A stretch of DNA of 58,628 nt, the filler included, from Squatina squatina (lineage: Eukaryota), in the NCBI GenBank assembly GCA_031763465.1. It is 3 parts of 3 records of this genome, joined end to end, with 100 filler letters (N's around TTAATTAATTAA, not from the genome) between each part and the next. Parts side by side here need not be neighbours in the genome. Positions count along the whole stretch, not along the records: positions 1 to 20,956 come from JARFOE010000016.1; positions 21,057 to 45,566 come from JARFOE010000001.1; 1 more part is not named here. One strand, written 5' to 3'. Positions 11,944-22,806 of this stretch are shown one piece after another. The first letter of the stretch is position 1. Each line of letters starts with the position of its first letter. The notes below the pieces were generated by a model that ran no database searches, was not told the origin of the DNA, and saw nothing but the letters and a program-made list of their open reading frames with translations. Both the position numbers and the translations under genes were made by a program.

Positions 11944-12185
11944 AGAGGTTGGCAACCCTCCAGGATTGTTCTGGAGTCACCAGGAATTAAAAATTAATCC
12001 TTAGGACACTGCTACAAGCAACCTAGGAGAAAAATCATAGGAGCATGAAACAAATTATATTTTTACATTTTTTTGAACTCTTTTTCATTTTAGCTATAAA
12101 ACTACTGATGATGGGGAAAAAAAAGCTTGTTTAACCAGGCAAGTCATGTGATGAAACCTCCAGGAATATGTCCAACAAGAGAACT
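11944..12185. mobile_element. MITE of about 250 bp (same family as 38198-38455)
   Basis: The two copies share CAGGATTGT.CTGGA.TCACCAGGAATTAA, GGAGAAAAATCATAGGAGCAT and GTCATGTGATG.AACCTCCAGGAATA. Confidence 0.7.
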
Positions 12186-13978
12186 CCCCTGCTCCTCTTC
12201 AAGCAAGTTCCATAGGAATTTTACGTCCACCTTAGAGGGCAGATGGGGCCTCAGATCTGAAAANNNNNNNNNNNNNNNNNNNNNNNNNNNNNNNNNNNNN
12301 NNNNNNNNNNNNNNNNNNNNNNNNNNNNNNNNNNNNNNNNNNNNNNNNNNNNNNNNNNNNNNNNNNNNNNNNNNNNNNNNNNNNNNNNNNNNNNNNNNNN
12401 NNNNNNNNNNNNNNNNNNNNNNNNNNNNNNNNNNNNNNNNNNNNNNNNNNNNNNNNNNNNNNNNNNNNNNNNNNNNNNNNNNNNNNNNNNNNNNNNNNNN
12501 NNNNNNNNNNNNNNNNNNNNNNNNNNNNNNNNNNNNNNNNNNNNNNNNNNNNNNNNNNNNNNNNNNNNNNNNNNNNNNNNNNNNNNNNNNNNNNNNNNNN
12601 NNNNNNNNNNNNNNNNNNNNNNNNNNNNNNNNNNNNNNNNNNNNNNNNNNNNNNNNNNNNNNNNNNNNNNNNNNNNNNNNNNNNNNNNNNNNNNNNNNNN
12701 NNNNNNNNNNNNNNNNNNNNNNNNNNNNNNNNNNNNNNNNNNNNNNNNNNNNNNNNNNNNNNNNNNNNNNNNNNNNNNNNNNNNNNNNNNNNNNNNNNNN
12801 NNNNNNNNNNNNNNNNNNNNNNNNNNNNNNNNNNNNNNNNNNNNNNNNNNNNNNNNNNNNNNNNNNNNNNNNNNNNNNNNNNNNNNNNNNNNNNNNNNNN
12901 NNNNNNNNNNNNNNNNNNNNNNNNNNNNNNNNNNNNNNNNNNNNNNNNNNNNNNNNNNNNNNNNNNNNNNNNNNNNNNNNNNNNNNNNNNNNNNNNNNNN
13001 NNNNNNNNNNNNNNNNNNNNNNNNNNNNNNNNNNNNNNNNNNNNNNNNNNNNNNNNNNNNNNNNNNNNNNNNNNNNNNNNNNNNNNNNNNNNNNNNNNNN
13101 NNNNNNNNNNNNNNNNNNNNNNNNNNNNNNNNNNNNNNNNNNNNNNNNNNNNNNNNNNNNNNNNNNNNNNNNNNNNNNNNNNNNNNNNNNNNNNNNNNGG
13201 GAGGTAGGGGAGGGGAGGGGGACAATCACAAGAGACAATCTGAGTGGGAACTCCCTTTTACTCTGAATGAAGTTGAAGCACAATTAATGTAACTCAGATA
13301 GGCGAAGCCTTGCACTGTGAGGCTGATGTGCTGACTTTGTGTGTGTGTGTGTGTTTCTACATGTAAATTATGCATCATTTGTGTCCTAGGATGTCAAGTG
13401 TTTTAAAAAGAGAAAGAAATTGAACTTCAATACTAAATTGAAAACCACTCTCTGCTAAAATCATCTCTAACTCATCCTATCCACCATTTTATTAGCAAAA
13501 GCCTCAGACATTGTATCGCAAGAGGAGATAACGGGGGACCAGGTGTGTTCGCCGTCCCTGTACAATCCTCCTCTTGGACCCAGTTTTCTCCCTTCGTCTC
13601 CCAAAGGCGCTGACTCTTGCTGGGGCGTGGGTTCCACGGAAACTCGGTGGCCTCCGGCACATTGACTGTTGTCCCCGTCTGAGCTCGGTGAGTGCCCATT
13701 GTTTGCACCTGCACATGCTCAGCAGAGGGGTGGGTGGTCACTGGCTTATGATCAGGAGGGGCCAGACCCTGGCAAAGTCTCCTCTCCGAACCCAGGGCTG
13801 CTGAAACTGATTGGAGTCCCTGTACCGTGGACTTTTCTTTTATTCATTCACGGGATGTGGGCGTTGCAGGCAGGACCANNNNNNNNNNNNNNNNNNNNNN
13901 NNNNNNNNNNNNNNNNNNNNNNNNNNNNNNNNNNNNNNNNNNNNNNNNNNNNNNNNNNNNNNNNNNNNNNNNNNNNNN

Positions 13979-14859
13979 TCCGCTACATTTAGCCATCATG
14001 ATAGGTTCTGAGACCATCACAGGAGGAGGAGAAGGAGAAAGAGGAGGTTGAAGAGGTTGAAGAAGAGGAGGAAGGGAGAAGGCAGGCAGCAGATCCCTGT
14101 TCCAGGCGAGCTGTCCGTGAGTGACTTACCAGATTTCGGTTCCAATGAATGAAACCCCAGGTCCCTGTTGCTCACCACTTCCCCACCTTACCATCCCTCT
14201 GTCACAGGACATCTTGGACACAGAGCTGAAATGAGAGCCAGCACAAAACAAACATTCCAGGCATAATTTATAAATTTATGAATTCCAATACTATACAATA
14301 ACGTCAAATAATTACCCTTGTGCTTTCCCTTAGTGTCTGTCTTTCGTGTTCCTTTTCCTAGTGCTACCCCAGTGAATGCAGCATGGCTGGTGGGAGGCTG
14401 CTAACTTTCAGTAGGGGGAACTGCAGATGGCCTTGCAGGATGACCTCAAGCAGCTCTCGGCTTAGAAAGCACAGCTGTGGACTGCACCACCTCAGCATGG
14501 ACGACAGCAGTCTGGACTGGCTGGATGACAGGCAGCAGCGAGGGCACTGGAAAAGTGGCAGGGGTAGGAGTATGAATGTTGTCATCCTGAGAGAGGACAG
14601 CAGGTTCTTGCTCCACGGTGCCACTGCCACTTCCCCGGGGAGGCACTTCAGATTGGAGGACAGATTGATGGATTGCTACAAGATCCTGCAAGCCCCTTTC
14701 CATACTCATAAACACAGCCGCAATGGCAGCAGTCTGATCTTACGTGGTAGCAAGCTGAAACTGCAGGAGAGCATTCTGAGCTTCCACTGCAGCACTGAGT
14801 CATTTCTCCTGCTTATGCTGCAATGGAAGCTGCAAGATTATCCATCACACCCAGCATCA
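13979..14859. mobile_element. Harbinger-like internal fragment (transposase 3' end on +; probable accessory-gene remnant downstream)
   Basis: LH.LAIM...poly-E...RFQ* tail matches the end of the Harbinger ORF at about 41110-41180. The downstream GC-rich block resembles other repeat copies in the window. Confidence 0.45.
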
Positions 14860-14959
14860 NNNNNNNNNNNNNNNNNNNNNNNNNNNNNNNNNNNNNNNNN
14901 NNNNNNNNNNNNNNNNNNNNNNNNNNNNNNNNNNNNNNNNNNNNNNNNNNNNNNNNNNN

Positions 14960-15390
14960 GAGTCAGAAGGTTGTGGGCTCAAGTCCCACTCCAGGAACCT
15001 TGAGCACATAGCCCAGGCTGACTCTCTGTGCAGTGCTGAGGGAGTGCTGCACTGTCGGAGGTGCTGTCTTTCAGTTGAGATGTTAAACCGAAGCTCGGTC
15101 TGCTCTCTCAGATAGACATAAAATATCCCGTTGCACTATTTTGAAGAAGAGCACGGGAGTTCTCCGTGGTATCCTGACCAATATTTATCCCTCAACTAAC
15201 ACCTTAAACACAGATTATCTGATCATTGTCACATTACTGTTTGCGGAATCTTGCTGTGCACAAATTGGCAGCTACATTTCCTGCATTACAACTGTGACTG
15301 CACTTCAAAAGTACTTCATTGGTTGCAGAACAGTTTAGGATGTCCTTAGGTCATGGAAGTCACTGTATAAATGCAAGTTTTTCCTCTTCT
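14960..15390 (+). mobile_element. Deu-domain SINE (SacSINE1/AmnSINE1-like), near full length, with L2-like tail
   Basis: tRNA-like head (GG.TCAAGTCCC), Deu core GCACTATTTTGAAGAAGAGCA.GGGAGTTCTCC...CCAATATTTATCCCTCAAC and tail ...TATAAATGCAAGT. Confidence 0.8.
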
Positions 15391-15425
15391 CTGTCTTAAC
15401 GGATAATTTTCCATCTTCGTCACAG

Positions 15426-15621
15426 AAATCCGAGCACAGTTGACGGAGCAGCTGAAATGCCTGGAGCAGCAGTCGGAATCCCGTCTCCAGCTCCTGCAGG
15501 ATCTGCAGGAGTTCTTCCGCAGGAAGGCGGAGATCGAGGTGGAGTATTCCCGGAGCCTGGACAAACTGGCGGAAAGGTTTGCAGCGAAGATTCGCAGCTC
15601 CAAGGAGCACCAGCAGTTCCG
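15426..15621 (+). CDS. SRGAP3: SLIT-ROBO Rho GAP 3, F-BAR exon (second coding exon)
   Basis: Bounded by acAG and GTaagt. Encodes EIRAQLTEQLKCLEQQSESRLQLLQDLQEFFRRKAEIEVEYSRSLDKLAERF...SSKEHQQF. Confidence 0.93.
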
Positions 15622-15940
15622 GTAAGTCCACCAGTGAAATCCGGCCTCCACACAGGCCTCTACTCCAACATTATTTCTTACATATTTGAGGATGCCTTAG
15701 TGAAGGGCCGAGGCTCGCGGGCTCCCCACAGCACCAAGGCGAGAACACAAGAGGGGGAAAATGGTGAGGTGGAGCAGTGAGCTATGGACACCACGCTTGG
15801 GTTTTTAAGGGAAATTATAGGGAAGATTGACAGGTCCTGGAAAGAATCACATAGGTGATGATGCAATAGGTTTTGCATCAATACAGTGAGAAGGAAGAAT
15901 GGGGGATTAGCAGTTTATCAGGAACCAGAGCAAAGTCATT

Positions 15941-16058
15941 CGTAATTCATTCCCGGGTATCCATCATTATACATAAAAACCACCCGAACCCCTCGATTAG
16001 ATTCCAGCCTGTAACTCATTCCCGGGTATCCATTATTCTACAAATAAACCACCAAACT
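15941..16058. repeat. Minisatellite remnant, about 69-bp period, about 1.7 units
   Basis: GTAA(T/C)TCATTCCCGGGTATCCAT occurs at 15942 and 16011. Confidence 0.7.
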
Positions 16059-16253
16059 CCTCATAGACATAGGCAGAGAAAATAGGAGCAGGAGTAGGCT
16101 ATTCGGCCCTTCGAGCCTGCTCCGCCATTCAATACGATCATGGCTGATCCTCTNNNNNNNNNNNNNNNNNNNNNNNNNNNNNNNNNNNNNNNNNNNNNNN
16201 NNNNNNNNNNNNNNNNNNNNNNNNNNNNNNNNNNNNNNNNNNNNNNNNNNNNN

Positions 16254-17634
16254 TCCCTGTTAAAACAATTACTCTTTCACCCCAGCCGTTCCCCATGTAC
16301 GGCCCTGATCTTTGCTCCTTTTAGTCCAAGGGACACAGATTTGAACGGATATGACGGACAACTGGTTTAGCCAATCACCGCCAGATCTGGCTGGACCACA
16401 AAACATTATGGGTTCCTGCTCTCATCTGCCAAAATTGTGCACCATTCCAGAATCATTTTGGAATGTAAAGGTAAACCCCAGTTTCCATTCTCCACTACTA
16501 ACCGTCTTTTTAAACATCACCCCGACCCCACCGACAATAAATGTGAGGAGCTCATGAACTTCTTTGTCTTTAAGATTGAGACCATCCATTCGGCCACCTC
16601 CTCTTCCCTTCCTTCCCCATGCCCACTGAGCCAAACTTCCTCTAAGCATCCCTCCTGCCCTAGCCCTGACCTCACATCCTTCTCCAGTTTCTCTCCGATC
16701 TCCGCTCATGATCTTTATGAGCTCGACCTGTCCATGAGACTCGCTTCCTGCTCCCTTGACCCCATTCCCATCAATCTGCTGACCATCCAACTTCCTTTTC
16801 TGGCTCCCAGGTTAATTGACATTGTTAACAGTTCTCTCCCCTCAGGTACTGTTCCCCTCTCTCTCAAATCTGCGGTCATCACCCCTCTCCTCAAAAAACT
16901 AACCCTTGACCCCTCCGTCCTTGCAAACTACAGCCCCATCTGCAACTTCCCTTTCCTATCCAAATTCCTTAATGTGTTGTTGCCTCCCATATCCATGCCC
17001 ATATTTGCCGCAATTCCATGCCTGAATCCCCAATCTGGTTTCCGATCCTGCCACAGTACCGAAACAGCTCTCATCAAAGTCACGAATGACGTCCTTTGAC
17101 AAAGGCAAACCTTCCCTCCTTGTCCTTCTTGACTTGTCTGCAGCCTTTGACACGTTTGACCACTCTATCCTTCAACACCTCTCCACCGTCATCCAGCTGG
17201 GTGGGACTGCACTCATCTGGTTTCATTCTTATCTATCTAATCGTAGCCAGAGAATCACCTGCAACAGCTTCTCTTCCTGCCCCGTACCTCTGGTGTCCCT
17301 CAAGGATCTATCTTTGGCCCCCTCCTATTTCTCATCTACATCTTGCACCTTGGCGACATCATCCGAAAACTCAGCATCAGTTTCCACATGTACGCTGATG
17401 AGATCCAGTTCTACCTCACTACCACTTCTCTCGACCCCTCCTCAGTCTCTAAATTGTCAGACTGCTTGTCTGACATCCAGCATGAGTAGAAATTTTCTCC
17501 AATTAATTATTGGGAAGACCAAAGCCATTATTTTCAGCCCCCGCCACAAAATCCGTTCCTTAGCCACTGACTCCATCCCTCTCCCCAACTTCTGTCTGAG
17601 GCTGAACCACACTGTTAGCAACCTTCATGTCCTA
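16254..17634 (+). mobile_element. L2 LINE ORF2 reverse transcriptase, frameshifted
   Basis: Motifs SCSLDPIP, IVNSSLPSGTVP..LKSAVITPLLKK..LDP..LANY.PI.N, QSGFR..HSTETAL, LVLLDLSAAFDT and YADE. Confidence 0.92.
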
Positions 17635-17734
17635 NNNNNNNNNNNNNNNNNNNNNNNNNNNNNNNNNNNNNNNNNNNNNNNNNNNNNNNNNNNNNNNNNN
17701 NNNNNNNNNNNNNNNNNNNNNNNNNNNNNNNNNN

Positions 17735-17811
17735 AAGCTGCCTCTACACTGTCCCATCAAACACTCCCAGGGCAGGTACAGCACGGGTTAGATACAGAGT
17801 AAAGCTCCCTC
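17735..17811. repeat. One unit of a shark-type tandem repeat of about 65 bp, at a contig edge
   Basis: CTCTACACTGTCCCATCAAACACTCCCAGGGCAGGTACAGCACGGGTTAGATACAGAGTAAAGCTCCCTC; the end overlaps its own start. Confidence 0.5.
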
Positions 17812-18258
17812 AGTCCTGCTCCACCAATGCCTGAATCACACCCCAAGAATTGTACGCTGTTCTCACCAGTATCATACTTCCATTTCTCACACTAGCTATC
17901 CTTTTTAATCGACAACAGGCAGTTGCACTCACAGCCTGCCCAGTGTTAACCCTGTCACCCTGGGTGGGATTCAAACCCAGAGCCCAGAGTGAATGGACAC
18001 TATTTAACCCAATGCACCACAAGATCATTTTTGTGTTTTTGTCAGCAATCTAATTAACAGCAAGGGGTTTGCTCCATTGAAATTCTGTATAATGGGAGTG
18101 AATAGGAAGATGTTTGGTCCATTGGAATTCTGTGCAGACGAATGGGAAGTGGATTAGTCTGTTCTTGAATTGAGTACAAGTCTATCTGACGTTTCTGTAT
18201 ATGAACAATTCAGTAAATATTCTTATCATGTGTTTCCCTTTTCTGTTTTCTTTCTCAG

Positions 18259-18387
18259 CGTCAAGCCAAGTACTCTGAAAACAAACTGAAGTGCACCAAA
18301 GCAAGGAACGACTATCTGCTTAACCTTGCAGCAACAAATGCTGCAGTGGCCAAATACTACATCCACGACGTCTCCGACCTGATTGAC
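18259..18387 (+). CDS. SRGAP3: SRGAP3 F-BAR exon
   Basis: Bounded by tttctcAG and GTcagt; 129 nt. Encodes RQAKYSENKLKCTKARNDYLLNLAATNAAVAKYYIHDVSDLID. It is absent from the ORF track. Confidence 0.93.
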
Positions 18388-19638
18388 GTCAGTATTCTTT
18401 ACTTTTCTGGTGAATTTTGTGCTTGTTAAGGTGAAGCATCCAGTGTCTGTATCAAGTCCTGGCAGGTCCAGGACACCTTGAGCAGAATGTCTTGTGTGTG
18501 TGTGTGTGTTGGGGGGGGCGGGGGGAATAAGAGGGATAACGAATGGTCACTGAGCGAAGGTGGGAGAGTTCGAAGAGGTGATGGAAATCTTGGCTGAGAA
18601 GACTAGTTTTGGGGAGGCTTTAAGTGTCAGCTGTGACAGGGTAGTTGCACTCTCACCTCTGAGTCTGCGTTTTACTCTATTTGCTAAAGTTAAAATTACC
18701 CCCTTTAAGCTTAACCACTCACCATGGTGAGACTGGAACCCACCAACTCTGGGTTGTTGGTTTAGTACCACAACACCGCTGCACCCACAGCCACCAGGTT
18801 CCATACAACCTCAAAGTTCAGAATCAACAGGCTGAGTTCGACCAACCCTCAACCCCAGANNNNNNNNNNNNNNNNNNNNNNNNNNNNNNNNNNNNNNNNN
18901 NNNNNNNNNNNNNNNNNNNNNNNNNNNNNNNNNNNNNNNNNNNNNNNNNNNNNNNNNNNTGAACACTGGGAAACATGCCACTTTGTAACAAGTGGGATTG
19001 ATGTGGGGAACCATTGCTGTTCAAGGTTCCTCAGCTCAGACATGAAAGTGGCTTTGATGGTGCAGCATCTCAGATACCCTGTGAGGAATAGGCTTACATC
19101 CCCAGGGTGTCTCAGAGACACAGCGAGAGACAGGCTGACATCCCCAGGCTTTAGAGTCAACCCCATTGGTGTGGAACTGGAGCCACATCGGCCCAGACCG
19201 GATAAGGTCGTCCGGTTTCCTTCCATAAAGGACATTGGTGAACCAGTTCGGTTTTTACAACAATCCGACAGCTGCATGGCCACTTCAAAAAGGAGTTGGA
19301 TAAACGTATCATGGGGAAGGGGGTTGGAGGTTAGAGGTTATCAGTATGGGCAAAGGTGACCAAATAATCCAGGGGTGGTAATGGCTTTTGTGCTGCAGTG
19401 GCATATAGGGAGGGAAGGTTGTCTAGGGGTAAGCAGAGCAGTGAAGAATGGTGAAGATAGTGATGGATGAATATTCGGAAGTTCTCCTTGATTACCTTTG
19501 GGAATCGGGGGGAATATTAATCAAGGACTTTCCCTCGAGGTTAAATGGGTGGGGTAGAGTCCACAATCGGGTGGAGGAGAGGGCTGGATGGGCCTTTTCT
19601 TTCTCCTTGAGCTCTTATGTTCGTGTGCTTGCCTCCAG

Positions 19639-19836
19639 GTCAGGAAGACATTGGACGCCACCATGCAAACACTGCAAGACATGCTCACCGTGGAGGACTT
19701 TGATGTGTCTGACGCATTCCATCACAGCCGATCTACCGAGTCGGTTAAATCTGTCGCCTCCGAGACCTATATGAGCAAACTTAACATCGCAAAGAGGAGA
19801 GCCAACCAACCGGAGACCGAGATATTCTACTTCACC
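19639..19836 (+). CDS. SRGAP3: SRGAP3 F-BAR extension exon
   Basis: Bounded by ctccAG and GTaaga; 198 nt. Encodes VRKTLDATMQTLQDMLTVEDFDVSDAFHHSRSTESVKSVASETYMSKLNIAKRRANQPETEIFYFT. Confidence 0.93.
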
Positions 19837-20420
19837 GTAAGACCTCTACTTGGGGTTAAAGAAAAAAATCAGAACACTGGACTCTGGGAATTGGGGGGGT
19901 GTCAAAGGCTACTGGTTTGACTATGTTGTGCAACACATAAGAGGCGACCAATTCGAGTTTTTAAAGTTTCTAGCGCTAAGNNNNNNNNNNNNNNNNNNNN
20001 NNNNNNNNNNNNNNNNNNNNNNNNNNNNNNNNNNNNNNNNNNNNNNNNNNNNNNNNNNNNNNNNNNNNNNNNNNNNNNNNCTGCCGCTTGCTATCTAAGC
20101 TCACAGGTGAAGAATGGCCATGTGGGTGAGATTCCAGAGGGTGCCCGGCGCCAATGGGACCAAACAGATAGCAGTGGTCAGCACCTCAAGAGAGAAGGAG
20201 AGGGAGGGGATAAGTCGCTGGCTTACAGGCTTTCAGTATGCTTGTGTTATAACGAAACATAATAGGCGCTGACCTCATACAAAGCGCTATATAATGGTGT
20301 GTTGTTATAGCTGCTGTTAAACATTGCTTCTGTACTCAGATGACTAATCTTGTTCTTCGATCCAAGTTCTTCAAAGTATATTGTTTTCTCTGTATGTTGA
20401 TTTTGTTCCATTTCTCTCAG

Positions 20421-20523
20421 GCCCCCATCGCTTCCCCCTAAGCCACAGAAAATGAGGAAGCCTAGGCCTCGCTCACAGTATAATCATAAATTGTTTAATG
20501 GCGATATGGAGACATTCATACAG
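20421..20523 (+). CDS. SRGAP3: SRGAP3 exon preceding the RhoGAP domain
   Basis: Bounded by tctctcAG and GTactt. Encodes PPSLPPKPQKMRKPRPRSQYNHKLFNGDMETFIQ. Confidence 0.88.
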
Positions 20524-21000
20524 GTACTTGGTGGCAGGCGCTGACAGACTGCAAACGCTGAATGGAATGGTGGCTTTCTGTGTCTTTCCAAACCCTTGCT
20601 AGTTCTGTCTCGTCCGGGGCTGCGGTGCATCTCTCTTGCTCTTGTTAGGCTGCTGGCCCAGACAAGCTTGGTATTCAGCTAACCACTGGAGTATTAATTG
20701 CAGATATTTATCTGTGGCCCAGTCAAGGGTGTCGTGCTGTCAGACCCTGGATAAAAGTTGTCCTGAGGGAGGGCTGGTGGAGTGTCGTGGTGTGGAGACG
20801 AAGGCAGGTTCAAGTCTTGCCCCGTCCTTTCCTAATCTGAGAAGCATCGAGCAGGGAGACACCAGGAGTAGGCTGCGATGGCTGTAGCGGGGAGAAGCTC
20901 AAAGTAGAATCGGGCCTGGGCAGTCTCTGGCCCTCTCAAAGCTGGCCGCAAGAGGCNNNNNNNNNNNNNNNNNNNNNNNNNNNNNNNNNNNNNNNNNNNN

Positions 21001-21012
21001 TTAATTAATTAA
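21001..21012. other. Artificial scaffold-joining linker (six-frame stop)
   Basis: TTAATTAATTAA centred in N44...N44; an identical construct is at 45611. Confidence 0.95.
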
Positions 21013-21059
21013 NNNNNNNNNNNNNNNNNNNNNNNNNNNNNNNNNNNNNNNNNNNNTTT

Positions 21060-21500
21060 ATTTGTACGAAAAATTGAATCACAAGTTGGCTAAAGCAGAG
21101 ACCATTATTACATATAGAGTAAAATAGGTGTGAGCGAAAACCAACCGATATTGTTGAACAGCCAGATCCAAATGGCTCGAATTTTCTCCAACTCATTCTG
21201 AGCTGCATCCAAGATCTGGTGGACAATCTTCTGCACCGACAATCCGCTGCCTATTTTAATCTGCTGGAGGAGATCAAAGATTGATGTGAGTAACTGTGAG
21301 CTATTAATTAAGGCCAGAGCATTAGACTCAATGAAGAAACAGCTAGATGTTGCACTGGGAATCCAGTAGGGTTGGTCTTCTGAAAGGATGATGTCAAAGG
21401 GACACCTCCATCTGAACCTATTGTTACAGTTTGGAATCTTTCCCACTGTCTTTCCTGGTGTTTGTAGTAAAATTCAGCTTCCATTGAGAGATACATATCT
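21060..21500 (-). pseudogene. Possible viral envelope/fusion glycoprotein C-terminal fragment, decayed
   Basis: The frame reads YVSLNGS*ILLQTPGKTVGKIPNCNNRFRWRCPF...INSSQ...ILDAAQNELEKIRAIWIWLFNNIGWFSLTPILLY. It has N-glycosylation sequons, cysteines, an amphipathic helix and a Trp-rich then hydrophobic end. Pattern-based call only. Confidence 0.3.
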
Positions 21501-21539
21501 CTAATGATCAGAAGCTTACATCCATCATGGCAATAGGAT

Positions 21540-21695
21540 GCCAAAGGAACGATAAGGAATAGGGAATTCAGAAGAAACGTCTTTACCCAGAGAGTGATGA
21601 GAATGTGGAACTCGCTACCACAGGGAACGGTGGAAGCGAATACTTTAGATGCATTTAAGGGAAGGCTAGACCAGCAAATGAGGGAGAAGGATGGT
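21540..21695 (+). mobile_element. CR1 LINE 3' fragment
   Basis: Encodes FTQRVMRMWNSLPQGTVEANTLDAFKGRLD. Confidence 0.8.
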
Positions 21696-22376
21696 GTGAC
21701 ATATAAAAGCAAGTTCTTCCTTCTAGCTATCAAGATATTGCAGTTTATTATTTCAATTTGTACTCCATCACCAAAAGAACAGACAGAGGCCAGTCTGCCT
21801 ATCGAGCCTGTNNNNNNNNNNNNNNNNNNNNNNNNNNNNNNNNNNNNNNNNNNNNNNNNNNNNNNNNNNNNNNNNNNNNNNNNNNNNNNNNNNNNNNNNN
21901 NNNNNNNNNNNGACCTAATGGATCCCAAAGCTTTCACCACTGGGTGTTTTCCTCGCCTCATGTCTGGGTCTGTTGTGGACTAATGAATAAATTGATTGCT
22001 GGGATCCGTCAACAACTCTTACAGTTGTATCCTGTGACTAACAGGATGGTAGAAGGCGAACTAGCTCTTATCGTCGAGCAATTCCTATGTTCCTATAAAA
22101 GGTTATAGGGAATTGGGGATTAGAGTAGATGTCTTTTTTTGTCAAACACACAATGGGTCAAATGGAGATCTGTGCTGTAATTGCCATCATTCCACTGTGT
22201 AGGAATTGAGCACGAGCCCATGTCCTGTGAATGTGCTCTGGATATCTAGTACAGTGCAGCCCGGTCATGTGCTGCCCCCTACAGGACTTGTATCTTCAAG
22301 TAGGTGTTCAGGTCCTCCTCTCAGCTGTTTATTGAATCTGCCTGGTTTTATTCTTTTTATTTTTCTGTCATTACAG

Positions 22377-22580
22377 AAAAGTACAAAAACTGCTATTGAA
22401 GTTGGGAGGACCTTTGCCACGATGTTTGCCGACATAAACTTCCGTCAGAAGCTCTTGGAAGCCAAAACAAAGGAGGAGTTTAAAGAGACCCTAGTTCTTC
22501 AGCGACACCTGCTGACCGTGATCCACAGGGAGCCAGGCAACAAAGATGATTCCAAGGAACAGGAAGATAAACCCCCAAAG
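22377..22580 (+). CDS. SLC4A11: Solute carrier family 4 member 11, cytoplasmic-domain exon
   Basis: Bounded by ttacAG and GTaaca; 204 nt. Encodes [46 protein letters not shown]. Confidence 0.9.
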
Positions 22581-22806
22581 GTAACACCACTTCCCTTGTA
22601 TGCATGCCAACTTGACTCAGATACAGCATTGCCAACCCCCACCCCACCCCAGGATGGTCCTGGAGTCCCCAGGAATGAGATTAATCCCCTGGGTACCACT
22701 GTGAGCNNNNNNNNNNNNNNNNNNNNNNNNNNNNNNNNNNNNNNNNNNNNNNNNNNNNNNNNNNNNNNNNNNNNNNNNNNNNNNNNNNNNNNNNNNNNNN
22801 NNNNNN

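Noticed and set aside
12127-13283. ORFs of 324-379 aa
   Set aside because: They consist almost entirely of N.
14383-15003. 206-aa ORF
   Set aside because: It lies in repeat-derived sequence and spans a gap.
14960-15010. tRNA-like B-box sequence
   Set aside because: It is the head of a SINE and has no full cloverleaf.
6864-20523. Apparently very compact GRIP2 and SRGAP3 genes with many missing exons
   Set aside because: The missing exons are best explained by unassembled sequence in the fixed-length gaps, not by gene loss.
20957-21056. TTAATTAATTAA palindrome as a biological motif
   Set aside because: It is centred in N runs twice and is an assembly linker.
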